Assembly: GCA_027483385.1 (NCBI GenBank)
Contig: JAIXUT010000105.1
Coordinates: 1 to 44,825 of the forward strand
DNA: 44,825 nt
Direction of reading: 5' to 3'
Origin: Alphaproteobacteria bacterium
GTDB taxonomy: Bacteria; Pseudomonadota; Alphaproteobacteria; UBA2136; UBA6156
Made by a program: the position numbers and the translations under genes. Shown here in pieces: positions 1-8,646 of this stretch. Position 1 is the first letter of the stretch. Each line of letters starts with the position of its first letter. The notes beneath the pieces are model-generated. The model was given only the letters and a program-made list of their open reading frames with translations. It searched no databases and was not told where the DNA came from.

Positions 1-159
<159 letters not shown>

Positions 160-287
160 TTTATTTTAAACACACCAGGCTGCTAAAAAAAGAGGCAGTT
201 CATCACACAAATTCAAAGTATTAACGGAAGCAGCTATACTTAGCAGACCTTGCAGTCAAGTGCCAAACCTTACAGATTTAAATTAGC

Positions 288-378
288 ACGCCGGTGGTGA
301 AACCGGTAAACACAGCGAACTGTTAATTCGCCATGGCTGACTAGGCCTTTGCGGGTTCAAATCCCGTCCGGCGCGCCA
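288..378 (+). tRNA. Atypical class II-like tRNA with Asn anticodon GTT, 19-nt variable region, encoded CCA
   Basis: Acceptor ACGCCGG/CCGGCGC (A1:C72 mismatch), D arm GTG-AAACCGGTAAA-CAC, anticodon arm GCGAA-CTGTTAA-TTCGC (anticodon 322-324), variable region 332-350, T arm GCGGG-TTCAAAT-CCCGT, discriminator G375, CCA 376-378. Confidence 0.88.
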
Positions 379-575
379 CTCTGATTTTTCAGAGCCGACA
401 TTTTGTCGTTAAATGCAATTTATGATTTTAAGAAAATTCGTCAATTAGTTTTTTTACTTTTAAAATCATAGAGAGTTATTTTTAAGAAAATGATTTTATT
501 GAATTTGTATATAAATGAACATAATTCATTATGCATATAATTTTTGCATTTGCTAAATTTGGGGTGTGACTTTTA

Positions 576-649
576 TGGAGCGGGATACGGGAATCGAACC
601 CGTGTCTAAAGCTTGGGAAGCTTTCGTGCTACCATTGAACCAATCCCGC
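576..649 (-). tRNA. tRNA-Gly(CCC)
   Basis: Reverse complement GCGGGATTGGTTCAATGGTAGCACGAAAGCTTCCCAAGCTTTAGACACGGGTTCGATTCCCGTATCCCGCTCCA: canonical 74-nt cloverleaf, anticodon CCC, U73, CCA. Confidence 0.97.
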
Positions 650-659
650 TCATGGTCTT

Positions 660-688
660 CTTCTAGCAAGGGTTCACGGGCTGGGCAA
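660..688 (-). promoter_or_regulatory. Sigma70-type promoter of tRNA-Gly
   Basis: Minus strand TTGCCC-17 nt-TAGAAG ending 10 nt before the tRNA 5' end. Confidence 0.6.
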
Positions 689-780
689 GAGGGAATCGAA
701 GCGCAGCGTAGAACGGCGCCCACAGGGTGCCAATTGAACACGGTCTGAAGCTTGGGACCCGCACGGCGGCCGCAGGCCAA

Positions 781-964
781 CCGCGCAGCGGTCATCCTTA
801 GCCTCTTGTTGGTACCGAAGTTCAAAAGCTTGGACGCGAAGGACCCAAGCGGGGTGTGGCCGATGGCAGCAAATGGCTTCGGTTAATTTGCGCACTGGAT
901 CCTTCGCCGAGGCCCGCACCGACTTCGGCCCCATGGGTGCGCTCAGGATGACCGCTTGCGGCGG
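781..964. repeat. Branched palindromic (REP/REPIN-like) element
   Basis: GCGGTCATCCTTAGC (788-802) pairs with GCTCAGGATGACCGC (941-955); inner GCGAAGGACCCA (836-847) pairs with TGGATCCTTCGC (896-907); side hairpin GCACC..GGTGC (916-940). Confidence 0.7.
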
Positions 965-979
965 CAGTGCGCGGTACCC

Positions 980-2824
980 CTATTTCAGCTTCACCGCAAT
1001 GCTGAGTTCGCGCAGTTGCTTGTCATCCACCACGCTGGGGGCGCCCATCAGCAGGTCTTCGCCGCGTTGGGTCATCGGGAAGGCCACCACCTCGCGCACC
1101 ATAGTGCTTTCGGCCAGCAGCATCACCACGCGTTCCAGCCCCGCCGCGCAGCCGCCGTGGGGTGGGGCGCCCAAGTGAAACGCCTTCCACATGCCGCGGA
1201 ATTTATCCTTCACCATGTCGGCAGGCAGGCCCGCAATTTCGAACGCCTTCAGCATCGCTTCGGGCAGGTGGTTGCGTATGCCGCCGCTAATCAGCTCGTA
1301 GCCGTTACAGACCAAATCGTACTGCGTGGCTTTAATGGTGAGGGGGTCTTGGGTATTCAGCGCTTCCAACCCTCCCTGCGGCATGGAAAACGGGTTGTGC
1401 GAAAAATCGTAACCCTTGCCATCGTCGCGGGGCTCGAACATCGGGAAATCCACAATCCAGGCGAACTTGTAAATATTCTGTTCGTTCAGGCCGCAGTCGG
1501 CACCCAAGCGCACGCGCAGGGGGTTGAGAATTTTGTGAATCGCGGGTTCTTTGCCTGCCACCATAAACACCACGTCGCCTTCAGCACATCCACAACGTCC
1601 GAATAATTCAAATGGTTGAGCGCCATCTAAAAATTTATATAGCGGGCCTATAAATTTGCCATCTTTACGTGTGATGTAGCCAGGAGCTGCAGGCGCACCA
1701 AGTGATTCCTGGGCCCATTTTCCTATCGTATCAAACCAGCTGCGAGGCATGTTTCCTGCCCCCTTCACCCCAATCGCCCGCACTACACCGCCGCTGGCGA
1801 CAATATTTTTGAACACCTGAAACTCGGTATTGGCCCAGATGTCGCTCACATCCACAATCTCCAGCGGGCAGCGCAGGTCGGGTTTGTCGGAAGAATACTT
1901 CAGCAGCGCGTCATCGTAGGCAATGCGCACCCACGGCGCAGGGGTAATGGCCTGCGGCGCGGCCTTGCGCCCGTTGCCGTTCCAGTTGGCAAACTCCTCA
2001 AACACGCCGCCCAGTACGCTTTCGGCGACACGGAAAACATCATCCTGCTCGACAAAGCTCATTTCTAAGTCCAGCTGGTAAAAGTCGGTCGGGCAGCGGT
2101 CGGCGCGGGCGTCTTCATCGCGGAAACAGGGGGCGATTTGGAAGTATTTATCGAACCCGCTGACCATGAACAGCTGCTTGAACTGTTGCGGTGCCTGCGG
2201 CAGCGCGTAAAACTTGCCCGGGTGCAGGCGGCTGGGCACCAAAAAGTCGCGCGCGCCTTCGGGGCTGCTGGCCGTGAGAATGGGCGTTTGGTATTCCCGG
2301 AACCCTAACCCCCACATGCGCTTACGGATGCTGGCAATCACGTCGCTGCGGAGCTGAATGGTGCTGGCCACATCGTCGCGGCGCAAATCCAGAAAGCGGT
2401 AGGCCAGCCGCAGGTCTTCGGGCACGCTGTCGTCTTCCAGCGCGTAGGGCAGGGGTTGCGCCAACCCCAAAACTTCAAAGCGCTGCACTTCAATTTCAAT
2501 CGCGCCCGTGGCCAGTTTGGGGTTGGTCAGGCCTTCGCCGCGGGCCAGCACGGTGCCTTTTACCTGAATCACGCTTTCAAGCCCCGTATGCGTAATGGCA
2601 TCGATGCCCGCAGTGCCAAGCAAGGTGGGCTTGAACACAATCTGCACCAGCCCGCTGGCGTCGCGGAGGTCGATAAACACCACCCCGCCGTGGTCGCGCC
2701 GCCGAAACACCCAGCCCGCCAGCTTGACGGGCTGGCCCACGTCGGCCACGCGTAAATCGGCGCAGCGGTGGCTGCGGTAGCGCGGGTTCAGCGTTGTGGA
2801 GGTGGGCAGGGGGGCCACAGACAT
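980..2824 (-). CDS. aspS: Aspartate--tRNA ligase, probably non-discriminating (Asp/Asn)
   Basis: RRDHGGVVFIDLRD, SSPEGARDF, YALPQAPQQFKQ, QIAPCFRDED, GAPPHGG motifs; start moved to ATG 2824 behind an AAGGA RBS. Confidence 0.97.
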   Translation of the reverse strand: MSVAPLPTSTTLNPRYRSHRCADLRVADVGQPVKLAGWVFRRRDHGGVVFIDLRDASGLVQIVFKPTLLGTAGIDAITHTGLESVIQVKGTVLARGEGLTNPKLATGAIEIEVQRFEVLGLAQPLPYALEDDSVPEDLRLAYRFLDLRRDDVASTIQLRSDVIASIRKRMWGLGFREYQTPILTASSPEGARDFLVPSRLHPGKFYALPQAPQQFKQLFMVSGFDKYFQIAPCFRDEDARADRCPTDFYQLDLEMSFVEQDDVFRVAESVLGGVFEEFANWNGNGRKAAPQAITPAPWVRIAYDDALLKYSSDKPDLRCPLEIVDVSDIWANTEFQVFKNIVASGGVVRAIGVKGAGNMPRSWFDTIGKWAQESLGAPAAPGYITRKDGKFIGPLYKFLDGAQPFELFGRCGCAEGDVVFMVAGKEPAIHKILNPLRVRLGADCGLNEQNIYKFAWIVDFPMFEPRDDGKGYDFSHNPFSMPQGGLEALNTQDPLTIKATQYDLVCNGYELISGGIRNHLPEAMLKAFEIAGLPADMVKDKFRGMWKAFHLGAPPHGGCAAGLERVVMLLAESTMVREVVAFPMTQRGEDLLMGAPSVVDDKQLRELSIAVKLK

Positions 2825-2906
2825 CGGGTAATTCCTTATGTTTACCGCAGCTTTTTGCGGGAAGGGGCTTGACCTGTCAAGGCAAAGGCGGCTTTTTACC
2901 TGTATC

Positions 2907-4022
2907 ATGGCACTCTTTGCACGGAATCAAAACATGGCAACCCGCGTGGGGATGGCGCTGGTGGTGCTGGCGCTGGCACTTGGGGTGTATGCCGCAACCA
3001 AGTATTTTGGCGCGTTGGGGCAAACGCCTTACGGCACCATCACGCCCCAGATGACCCTGGCCGACCTGCCCTTTACCCCCGCCCCAAGTATTAGCCCCAC
3101 CGGCCCCAAAAACCACCGCACCCAGTTGGCACCGCCACCGCCCTTGCCGATTGAAGGCCGCCCGGATGGCATTGCGCCCAACACCTTTAATCCGTTATCG
3201 GAAGCCGAAATTGCCGAACTTGGCAGAACTGGCAGCCCCACCGTGGCCGACCCAACCGGCGTGCGCCAACGCCAATTTTTAGCCCAAATTGGCTTTAGCT
3301 TTACCACCGAAGGCTTCTTTGCCGCCGCCCGGCAGGGCAATATGCGGGCCATCAATGCTTTTTTAAACACTGGGATGCCTGTCGGTACCCGCAACAGCTT
3401 TGGCAGTACGGCCTTGCATGCGGCGGTGGAAAGCGGGCAGCTGGCAGCCGCGCAATTGTTGCTGCGGCGTGGTGCCGAGCTTGACGCCACCGCCAGCACC
3501 TTGCAAACGCCATTGCACCGCGCCGCCGCCGCCAACAATTTGCCCATGGTGCAGATGCTGCTGCAAGCTGGCGCCCAAGCCAATGCGGCCACGCTGGAAG
3601 GCTGGACGCCCCTGTTTGCTGCCGCTGAAAACAATAACCGCGCGATGACCGAAACACTGCTGAACAATGGCGCCTTGGTGAATGTGCAAGACCGGTTTGG
3701 CAACAGCGCACTTACTATGGCGGTACGGAGCAATTTCCTACCGCTGGCGCGGCTGCTGCTGCAAAACAATGCCAATCCGAATTTGCGCGATATTGCTGGC
3801 CGCACCGTAATGCATAGTGCGGCTTCTGGCAGTTTTTACGACATGACCAAGTTGCTGCTGGAAAACGGCGGCCAGGCCGATGTGCGCGACCGCCAGGGGC
3901 TGCTGCCGATGGATATTGCCTTGGCGAAAAACGACCTGGCCATCGCCAACCTGTTGCTGGCCTACGGCGCCAAACGTAAGCCCCTGATGGGTACGGGCGA
4001 GCGCGGTATCGGCCCGCGCTAA
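2907..4022 (+). CDS. Membrane-anchored/exported ankyrin repeat protein (start 2907 or 2934)
   Basis: N-terminal hydrophobic helix, Pro-rich linker, about 7 ankyrin repeats (GSTALHAAV, QTPLHRAA, GWTPLFAAA, GNSALTMAV, GRTVMHSAA). Confidence 0.9.
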   Translation: MALFARNQNMATRVGMALVVLALALGVYAATKYFGALGQTPYGTITPQMTLADLPFTPAPSISPTGPKNHRTQLAPPPPLPIEGRPDGIAPNTFNPLSEAEIAELGRTGSPTVADPTGVRQRQFLAQIGFSFTTEGFFAAARQGNMRAINAFLNTGMPVGTRNSFGSTALHAAVESGQLAAAQLLLRRGAELDATASTLQTPLHRAAAANNLPMVQMLLQAGAQANAATLEGWTPLFAAAENNNRAMTETLLNNGALVNVQDRFGNSALTMAVRSNFLPLARLLLQNNANPNLRDIAGRTVMHSAASGSFYDMTKLLLENGGQADVRDRQGLLPMDIALAKNDLAIANLLLAYGAKRKPLMGTGERGIGPR

Positions 4023-4064
4023 CCAAGCTGAATGGTTTAACCGCCTCTCGTGCAGGCGCTGGCG

Positions 4065-4093
4065 TTGCCGTTGGCCCGTTTATTTGCGATAGT
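4065..4093 (+). promoter_or_regulatory. Candidate sigma70 promoter, probably leaderless transcript
   Basis: TTGCCG-17 nt-GATAGT followed 7 nt later by ATG 4101; no SD. Confidence 0.45.
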
Positions 4094-4100
4094 GCCAAGT

Positions 4101-5447
4101 ATGTTGCTTGCTGTTGGTCTTGTCACCCCGCCACCCAAGGTAAACGCCGCTGTGCCAACCGTGGCAGCAGCAGTGGCCACCCTGAATGCCCAGCCCTATG
4201 GCCTGCTTCTTACCACGCCCGACCTGTTGCCCGAGCTTTTAAGTGCGATGAAAGCCAATCGGCACAGCGTGGCGGTGGCCGTGGTGGGGCCTGCAGAGCC
4301 AGCCGTGGGGGCCAAATGCATTCGGCTCGGCGCGGTGGAATATTTAACTGAACCTGCCGCCCCACGCCTGATTGAGGCCCTCACCAAAAAATTCGTACCC
4401 CAAGTAGCCAAGCAGGGCCCAATTGTCGGCGACCCCCTGATGCTTACATTGCTAAATGAAGCCCATACCTACGCACAAAGTAACGCCACTGTATTGCTGC
4501 GGGGCGAAAGCGGCGCGGGCAAGGAAGTGCTGGCTCGGTTTATTCATGAACACTCCCCCCGCAAAAGCGGCCCATTTGTGGCGGTAAATTGCGCGGCGAT
4601 TCCGGAAAATTTGCTCGAAAGCGAACTGTTTGGCCATGCCAAAGGTGCCTTTACGGGTGCGTTAAGCGAACGCAAGGGCAAGTTTGCCCAGGCCGATGGC
4701 GGCACGTTGCTGCTCGATGAAATTTCGGAAATGGATTTGGCCCTGCAGGCAAAATTGCTGCGGGCCATTCAGGAACGCGTGATTGACCCTGTGGGTGCCG
4801 ATAAGCCCGTGCATGTGGATATCCGCCTCATCGCCACCACCAACCGCGCGCTGGAAGATTACGTGGCGCAGGGCAAGTTTCGGGAAGACCTGTATTTCAG
4901 GTTAAGCGTGGTGATGCTGCCACTGCCGCCGTTGCGCGAACGCACGGGCGATATTGCGCCATTGGCGGCGCATTTTCTGGCACAGCATGCGGCCAGCAAC
5001 GGTTTTAAAACCACGCCCAGCCTGCACCCTGAAGCCTTAGAAAAACTGCAAGGCTGTTACTGGAAGGGCAACGTGCGCGAACTGGAAAACACCCTGCACC
5101 GCGCGTTGCTGCTGGCGGGGCCCAAAGCTACCGAAATTACCGAAGGCCAATTAATTCTCTCGCCCATGAGCCTGGCGCACATGAGCCCCGCCGACAACAA
5201 CGCCAATGCCCAGGCCAGCATTGCCCCAGCTGCCTCGCCCTACGCGGCGGTGGCGGCCGCCTACGGCAGCGCAGGCGCAATTGCCAGTAGCAACCCGTTC
5301 ATTCCCAAGCGGCTGGCTGAACTAGAAAAAGAAGCCTTGCTGCAAACGCTGGCCTACACGGGCGGCAACCAGCAGTATGCGGCCGATGTGCTGGGGATTT
5401 CAGTGACGATTTTAACGGAAAAACTGCACGCCGCCGGCCTGGCTTAA
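4101..5447 (+). CDS. flbD: Sigma54-dependent enhancer-binding protein, FlbD-like, with degenerate receiver domain
   Basis: GESGAGKE Walker A, ESELFGHAKGAFTGA, LLLDEISEM, FREDLYFRL, WKGNVRELEN, C-terminal Fis-type HTH; flagellar sigma54 promoters in the window. Symbol is by resemblance. Confidence 0.8.
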   Translation: MLLAVGLVTPPPKVNAAVPTVAAAVATLNAQPYGLLLTTPDLLPELLSAMKANRHSVAVAVVGPAEPAVGAKCIRLGAVEYLTEPAAPRLIEALTKKFVPQVAKQGPIVGDPLMLTLLNEAHTYAQSNATVLLRGESGAGKEVLARFIHEHSPRKSGPFVAVNCAAIPENLLESELFGHAKGAFTGALSERKGKFAQADGGTLLLDEISEMDLALQAKLLRAIQERVIDPVGADKPVHVDIRLIATTNRALEDYVAQGKFREDLYFRLSVVMLPLPPLRERTGDIAPLAAHFLAQHAASNGFKTTPSLHPEALEKLQGCYWKGNVRELENTLHRALLLAGPKATEITEGQLILSPMSLAHMSPADNNANAQASIAPAASPYAAVAAAYGSAGAIASSNPFIPKRLAELEKEALLQTLAYTGGNQQYAADVLGISVTILTEKLHAAGLA

Positions 5448-5451
5448 GGCC

Positions 5452-5484
5452 AAAAAAAGCCCCCAGTGTTGGGGGGCTTTTTTT
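5452..5484. terminator. Bidirectional intrinsic terminator
   Basis: A7-GCCCCC..GGGGGC-T7 between convergent genes. Confidence 0.9.
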
Positions 5485-5494
5485 AGTGTAAGCG

Positions 5495-7591
5495 TTACTG
5501 CTTAACGCCCATTTCACTTAACACACCTTGTACCTGCCCCTTCATTTCACTGAAGGCGGTTTGCACTTCGGTTGCCGCGCCATTCACTTGGTCGGCGGCC
5601 ACGCCGGTATCGTTGGCGGCTTGCTCGATACCGTTCATGTTCTCATCCACCATCTGCACCCGGTTGGCGGCGTCACGCACGTTGTTGGCAATAGTTTTGG
5701 CCACACCGCTTTGTTCTTCCACCGCCGCACTCACGGTGGTGGCGTTATCGCGGATGCGGTGAATCGCTTCCACCACCGCCTGCAGAGCCACCACGCTTTG
5801 CTCACTCACGTCCTGAATGCCGCGAATCTGCTCCCGAATTTCAACCGTCGCGTTGCTGGTGTTGCTGGCCAACTTCTTCACTTCATCGGCCACCACCGCA
5901 AAACCGCGGCCTGCATCACCGGCCCGCGCTGCTTCAATTGCCGCATTCAGGGCCAACAGGTTGGTTTGCTCGGCCAGGTCGTTAATCAGGCCTACCACTT
6001 CGGTAATCTTCTTGCTGGCAGCGCCCAAGCCTCGCACCACATCGTCGGTACGCTGGGCCTTGGCCACGGCGTCATCAATCAGAATATTCGTTTCGCCAAT
6101 GCTGCGCGAAATATCGTTGATACTCACGTTTAGTTCATCAATTGCACTGGAAACGCTGGTCACGTAACCACTGGCTTCGGCGCTGTTTTTACGCACCACC
6201 ACACTTTGCGCGCTGGTTTCTTCGCTGGCGGCAATCATCCCGCTGACGGCTTCCCCAACCTGCCCCGTGCTACGGGCAACTTTTTCGGCACTTACATTAA
6301 AGTTTTGCGCCAAAGTTTGGACCGGCTTGGTGAGAACATTTGCCAACCACCACCCAATTGTTGTGGTGGCAAAAGCCGTGAATGCTAATAAAGCTAAGCC
6401 AATATAAATTTGGTGTAAAATTTCCTGCAAAAACTCAGCACGCTCGATGCGAACATTAATCACCCATGGCAATGTTTCAGCGGCGTTTAGCTTGCCGAGG
6501 TCTTGCCCATGTGTACTTTCACGCGCCACCAAAACCTGTTTTAATGAACCAAATGTAACTCCACCTGATGAGCCAACATATTCCACAATTTTTGATTCAC
6601 GATTTTTAATAACCTCGCCAATCATCGGAATTAATTCAGCAGCGACTGGCTCACCAATATTTTTATTAATCACAAATGGTTTGGTCAGGAATACGCCTTG
6701 GTCATTGGTCAGATACGCGTCGGCGGTATCACTGAATTCGGTGATGCTGGTCATGAGATTGGAAATCTTATTGAGCGGGATTTGAAATGCCAGGGCACCA
6801 ATGGTTTGCCCACCTACCACAATTGGCGCAGCCACAAAGGCCGCAGGGTCGTTATAGCTTGGCAAATAATTATTAAAATCCGACATATAAGAAACTTCAG
6901 GATTATTCGTAGCCAAAGCCTTGCGCACGATTTCACTAAAGTTGGTGTTGGCCAATGGGCCCGTTTTTACGTTACTGGCAAAATCAATTTCCTTGAAGTT
7001 GGTGTAAACAACGTCGCCAGTGGCGGCATCAATAATAAAGACATCGTAAAAGCCAAATTCATCCACGAAATCCCGAAAAAAGGGCTGAAATTCGGCATGT
7101 ACCCGACTGTAGGCTGAGCCGTCAGTCGCGGCATCCAGCAGCTGCTTGCTGCCCACCGGGTTGGGGTTGGTGGCAATATAAAGGCTTTGCAATGCTAAAG
7201 CTTTGGCATTGGTCGGCATCCAACTACTTTCCTGACCTGCCGAAGTTCCAGCTGTTTTTTCTTGCTGCAATTTATAACGAGCATTCATGGCAGTGGTATC
7301 GATACTGACTGTGCTTGGGTCAAAATCGTTGTAGGCAATAATAAATTTTTGCGCAGCTTGAATCACTGTCGGGTTAATCGCCATCGTGCGGGTTTGGCGG
7401 TGCACGATTTGGAAATATTCTTGCACGCTATCAACCATTGAAGACTTTATGCTCGTCATTGAATTTTCAATTTGAGCTTGGGAAGCTAAATACGTTTTGT
7501 AGTAACTGATACCTGCGGTGATGACTGATGGAATCATCCCCATAAACACCAGGCTAAAAATAATTTTTTGGCGAAAGTTAAGAGTCAGCAT
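5495..7591 (-). CDS. Methyl-accepting chemotaxis protein with large Cache-type periplasmic sensor (start 7591 or 7627)
   Basis: Two TM helices, [25 protein letters not shown] sensor motif, [34 protein letters not shown] tip. Confidence 0.95.
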   Translation of the reverse strand: MLTLNFRQKIIFSLVFMGMIPSVITAGISYYKTYLASQAQIENSMTSIKSSMVDSVQEYFQIVHRQTRTMAINPTVIQAAQKFIIAYNDFDPSTVSIDTTAMNARYKLQQEKTAGTSAGQESSWMPTNAKALALQSLYIATNPNPVGSKQLLDAATDGSAYSRVHAEFQPFFRDFVDEFGFYDVFIIDAATGDVVYTNFKEIDFASNVKTGPLANTNFSEIVRKALATNNPEVSYMSDFNNYLPSYNDPAAFVAAPIVVGGQTIGALAFQIPLNKISNLMTSITEFSDTADAYLTNDQGVFLTKPFVINKNIGEPVAAELIPMIGEVIKNRESKIVEYVGSSGGVTFGSLKQVLVARESTHGQDLGKLNAAETLPWVINVRIERAEFLQEILHQIYIGLALLAFTAFATTTIGWWLANVLTKPVQTLAQNFNVSAEKVARSTGQVGEAVSGMIAASEETSAQSVVVRKNSAEASGYVTSVSSAIDELNVSINDISRSIGETNILIDDAVAKAQRTDDVVRGLGAASKKITEVVGLINDLAEQTNLLALNAAIEAARAGDAGRGFAVVADEVKKLASNTSNATVEIREQIRGIQDVSEQSVVALQAVVEAIHRIRDNATTVSAAVEEQSGVAKTIANNVRDAANRVQMVDENMNGIEQAANDTGVAADQVNGAATEVQTAFSEMKGQVQGVLSEMGVKQ

Positions 7592-7758
7592 AATTAAGGC
7601 CTTTTGGCTGTTATTTTGTCGAATCATAGCAAGTTTATGGTTGCTGCCAAGCCATACGCTTATTGCCTGTGCAGAGATATGTAAAGCAACTTGGCTGGGT
7701 GTGCTATAGGCGCCACAAAGGCCAGAGATTTAGTCCCAACAACTTGGGAAAAAAAGTT

Positions 7759-8622
7759 TTAACGCCGACCGCCACGCTGGCGGGCTTTTTTGGCCTGTTC
7801 GGGGCTGTAGTCGCGTGGAATCGTAAGTTCCATCGCGGGCTTCAGGCGGTTGGGGTTTTTGCCAATGGTGCTGCGGTTGGCGCTGTAAATCAGCGGCCAG
7901 AGAGCGGCTTCGTTGTAAATCTCGGGCTTGGCGGCAATCCCGCCCAGGGTATCGCCGCGTTGTACATTATAACGGGTGGACTGGTTACTGTCGGTCGGCA
8001 AGTTTGGGCTGCCTTCAGGGCTCACCACCACGGGGACGCTGAATTTGGGCGTGGTTTCAACCAGTGTTTCCCCGCCAGCGGCCAGCGGTTCGGCACGGTC
8101 GCGCGGGGCTTCGTAGTTGTAGTCGCCGGGGCGGCTGGTCAGGCGTGGTTGGCCAGTTCCGCGCCAGTCGTTGGTGGGTTCTCCCACTTGGGTGCTGCGG
8201 CCAAGGTTGCCGTTGTCGGTCATGAACTCGCCCGGTTCGCCAATCAAAATATTGCTGTCGCGCGCGTCCCGAATATTTTCCAGCGCCCGATTGCCCATCA
8301 TCCCGGCGTCGGCCATCATGCCGCTGCCCGCAGGCCGCATCACTTTGCTGGCGCTGCCAATCATGTAATCCTGGGCCGCCAGGTTGGGGTTGCTGTAAAA
8401 ATTGCTCCATTGCGCATGGTCGGCTTCACCGTAAGCGGGTTGCACCACATAGGCGGGGCGGCTGGCACGGGCGCCACCACTGGGGTTAGGCCGCTGGTCT
8501 TCGCGAAAGGTAAAGATACGGTCCATCCAGCCAATGGTTTGCGCCTGGGGAACTTGCGGCGCAGCCACCAGCGCTGCCAACAGCAGCACTGAAGGGGCAA
8601 GAAGGGCTTGGCGCAGCAACAT
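7759..8622 (-). CDS. Exported LysM peptidoglycan-binding protein
   Basis: Signal peptide; C-terminal YNVQRGDTLGGIA..IY...LWPLIYSANR..NPNRLKPAMELTIP. Confidence 0.88.
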   Translation of the reverse strand: MLLRQALLAPSVLLLAALVAAPQVPQAQTIGWMDRIFTFREDQRPNPSGGARASRPAYVVQPAYGEADHAQWSNFYSNPNLAAQDYMIGSASKVMRPAGSGMMADAGMMGNRALENIRDARDSNILIGEPGEFMTDNGNLGRSTQVGEPTNDWRGTGQPRLTSRPGDYNYEAPRDRAEPLAAGGETLVETTPKFSVPVVVSPEGSPNLPTDSNQSTRYNVQRGDTLGGIAAKPEIYNEAALWPLIYSANRSTIGKNPNRLKPAMELTIPRDYSPEQAKKARQRGGRR

Positions 8623-8646
8623 CGTGGGCCTAAGCTAACGGCCAGA

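Noticed and set aside
286-378. Reading the atypical tRNA as tRNA-Sec or an 8-bp-acceptor tRNA
   Set aside because: Anticodon is GTT, the D stem is 3 bp, and an 8-bp acceptor would consume the discriminator before the encoded CCA.
660-780. Possible 6S RNA or tmRNA piece (GGCGCCCAC, TTCGATTCCC-like, some pairing)
   Set aside because: The T-arm-like stem does not pair, no tag frame or long 6S rod is evident, and part is explained by the tRNA-Gly promoter; an Rfam search would be needed.
553-934. Short ORFs over tRNA-Gly and the palindromic element
   Set aside because: They overlap a tRNA, its promoter and a repeat; no protein motifs.
4071-4087. Sigma54-like TTGGCCCGTTTATTTGC before the FlbD-like gene
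   Set aside because: GG-to-GC spacing is 11, not the required 10.
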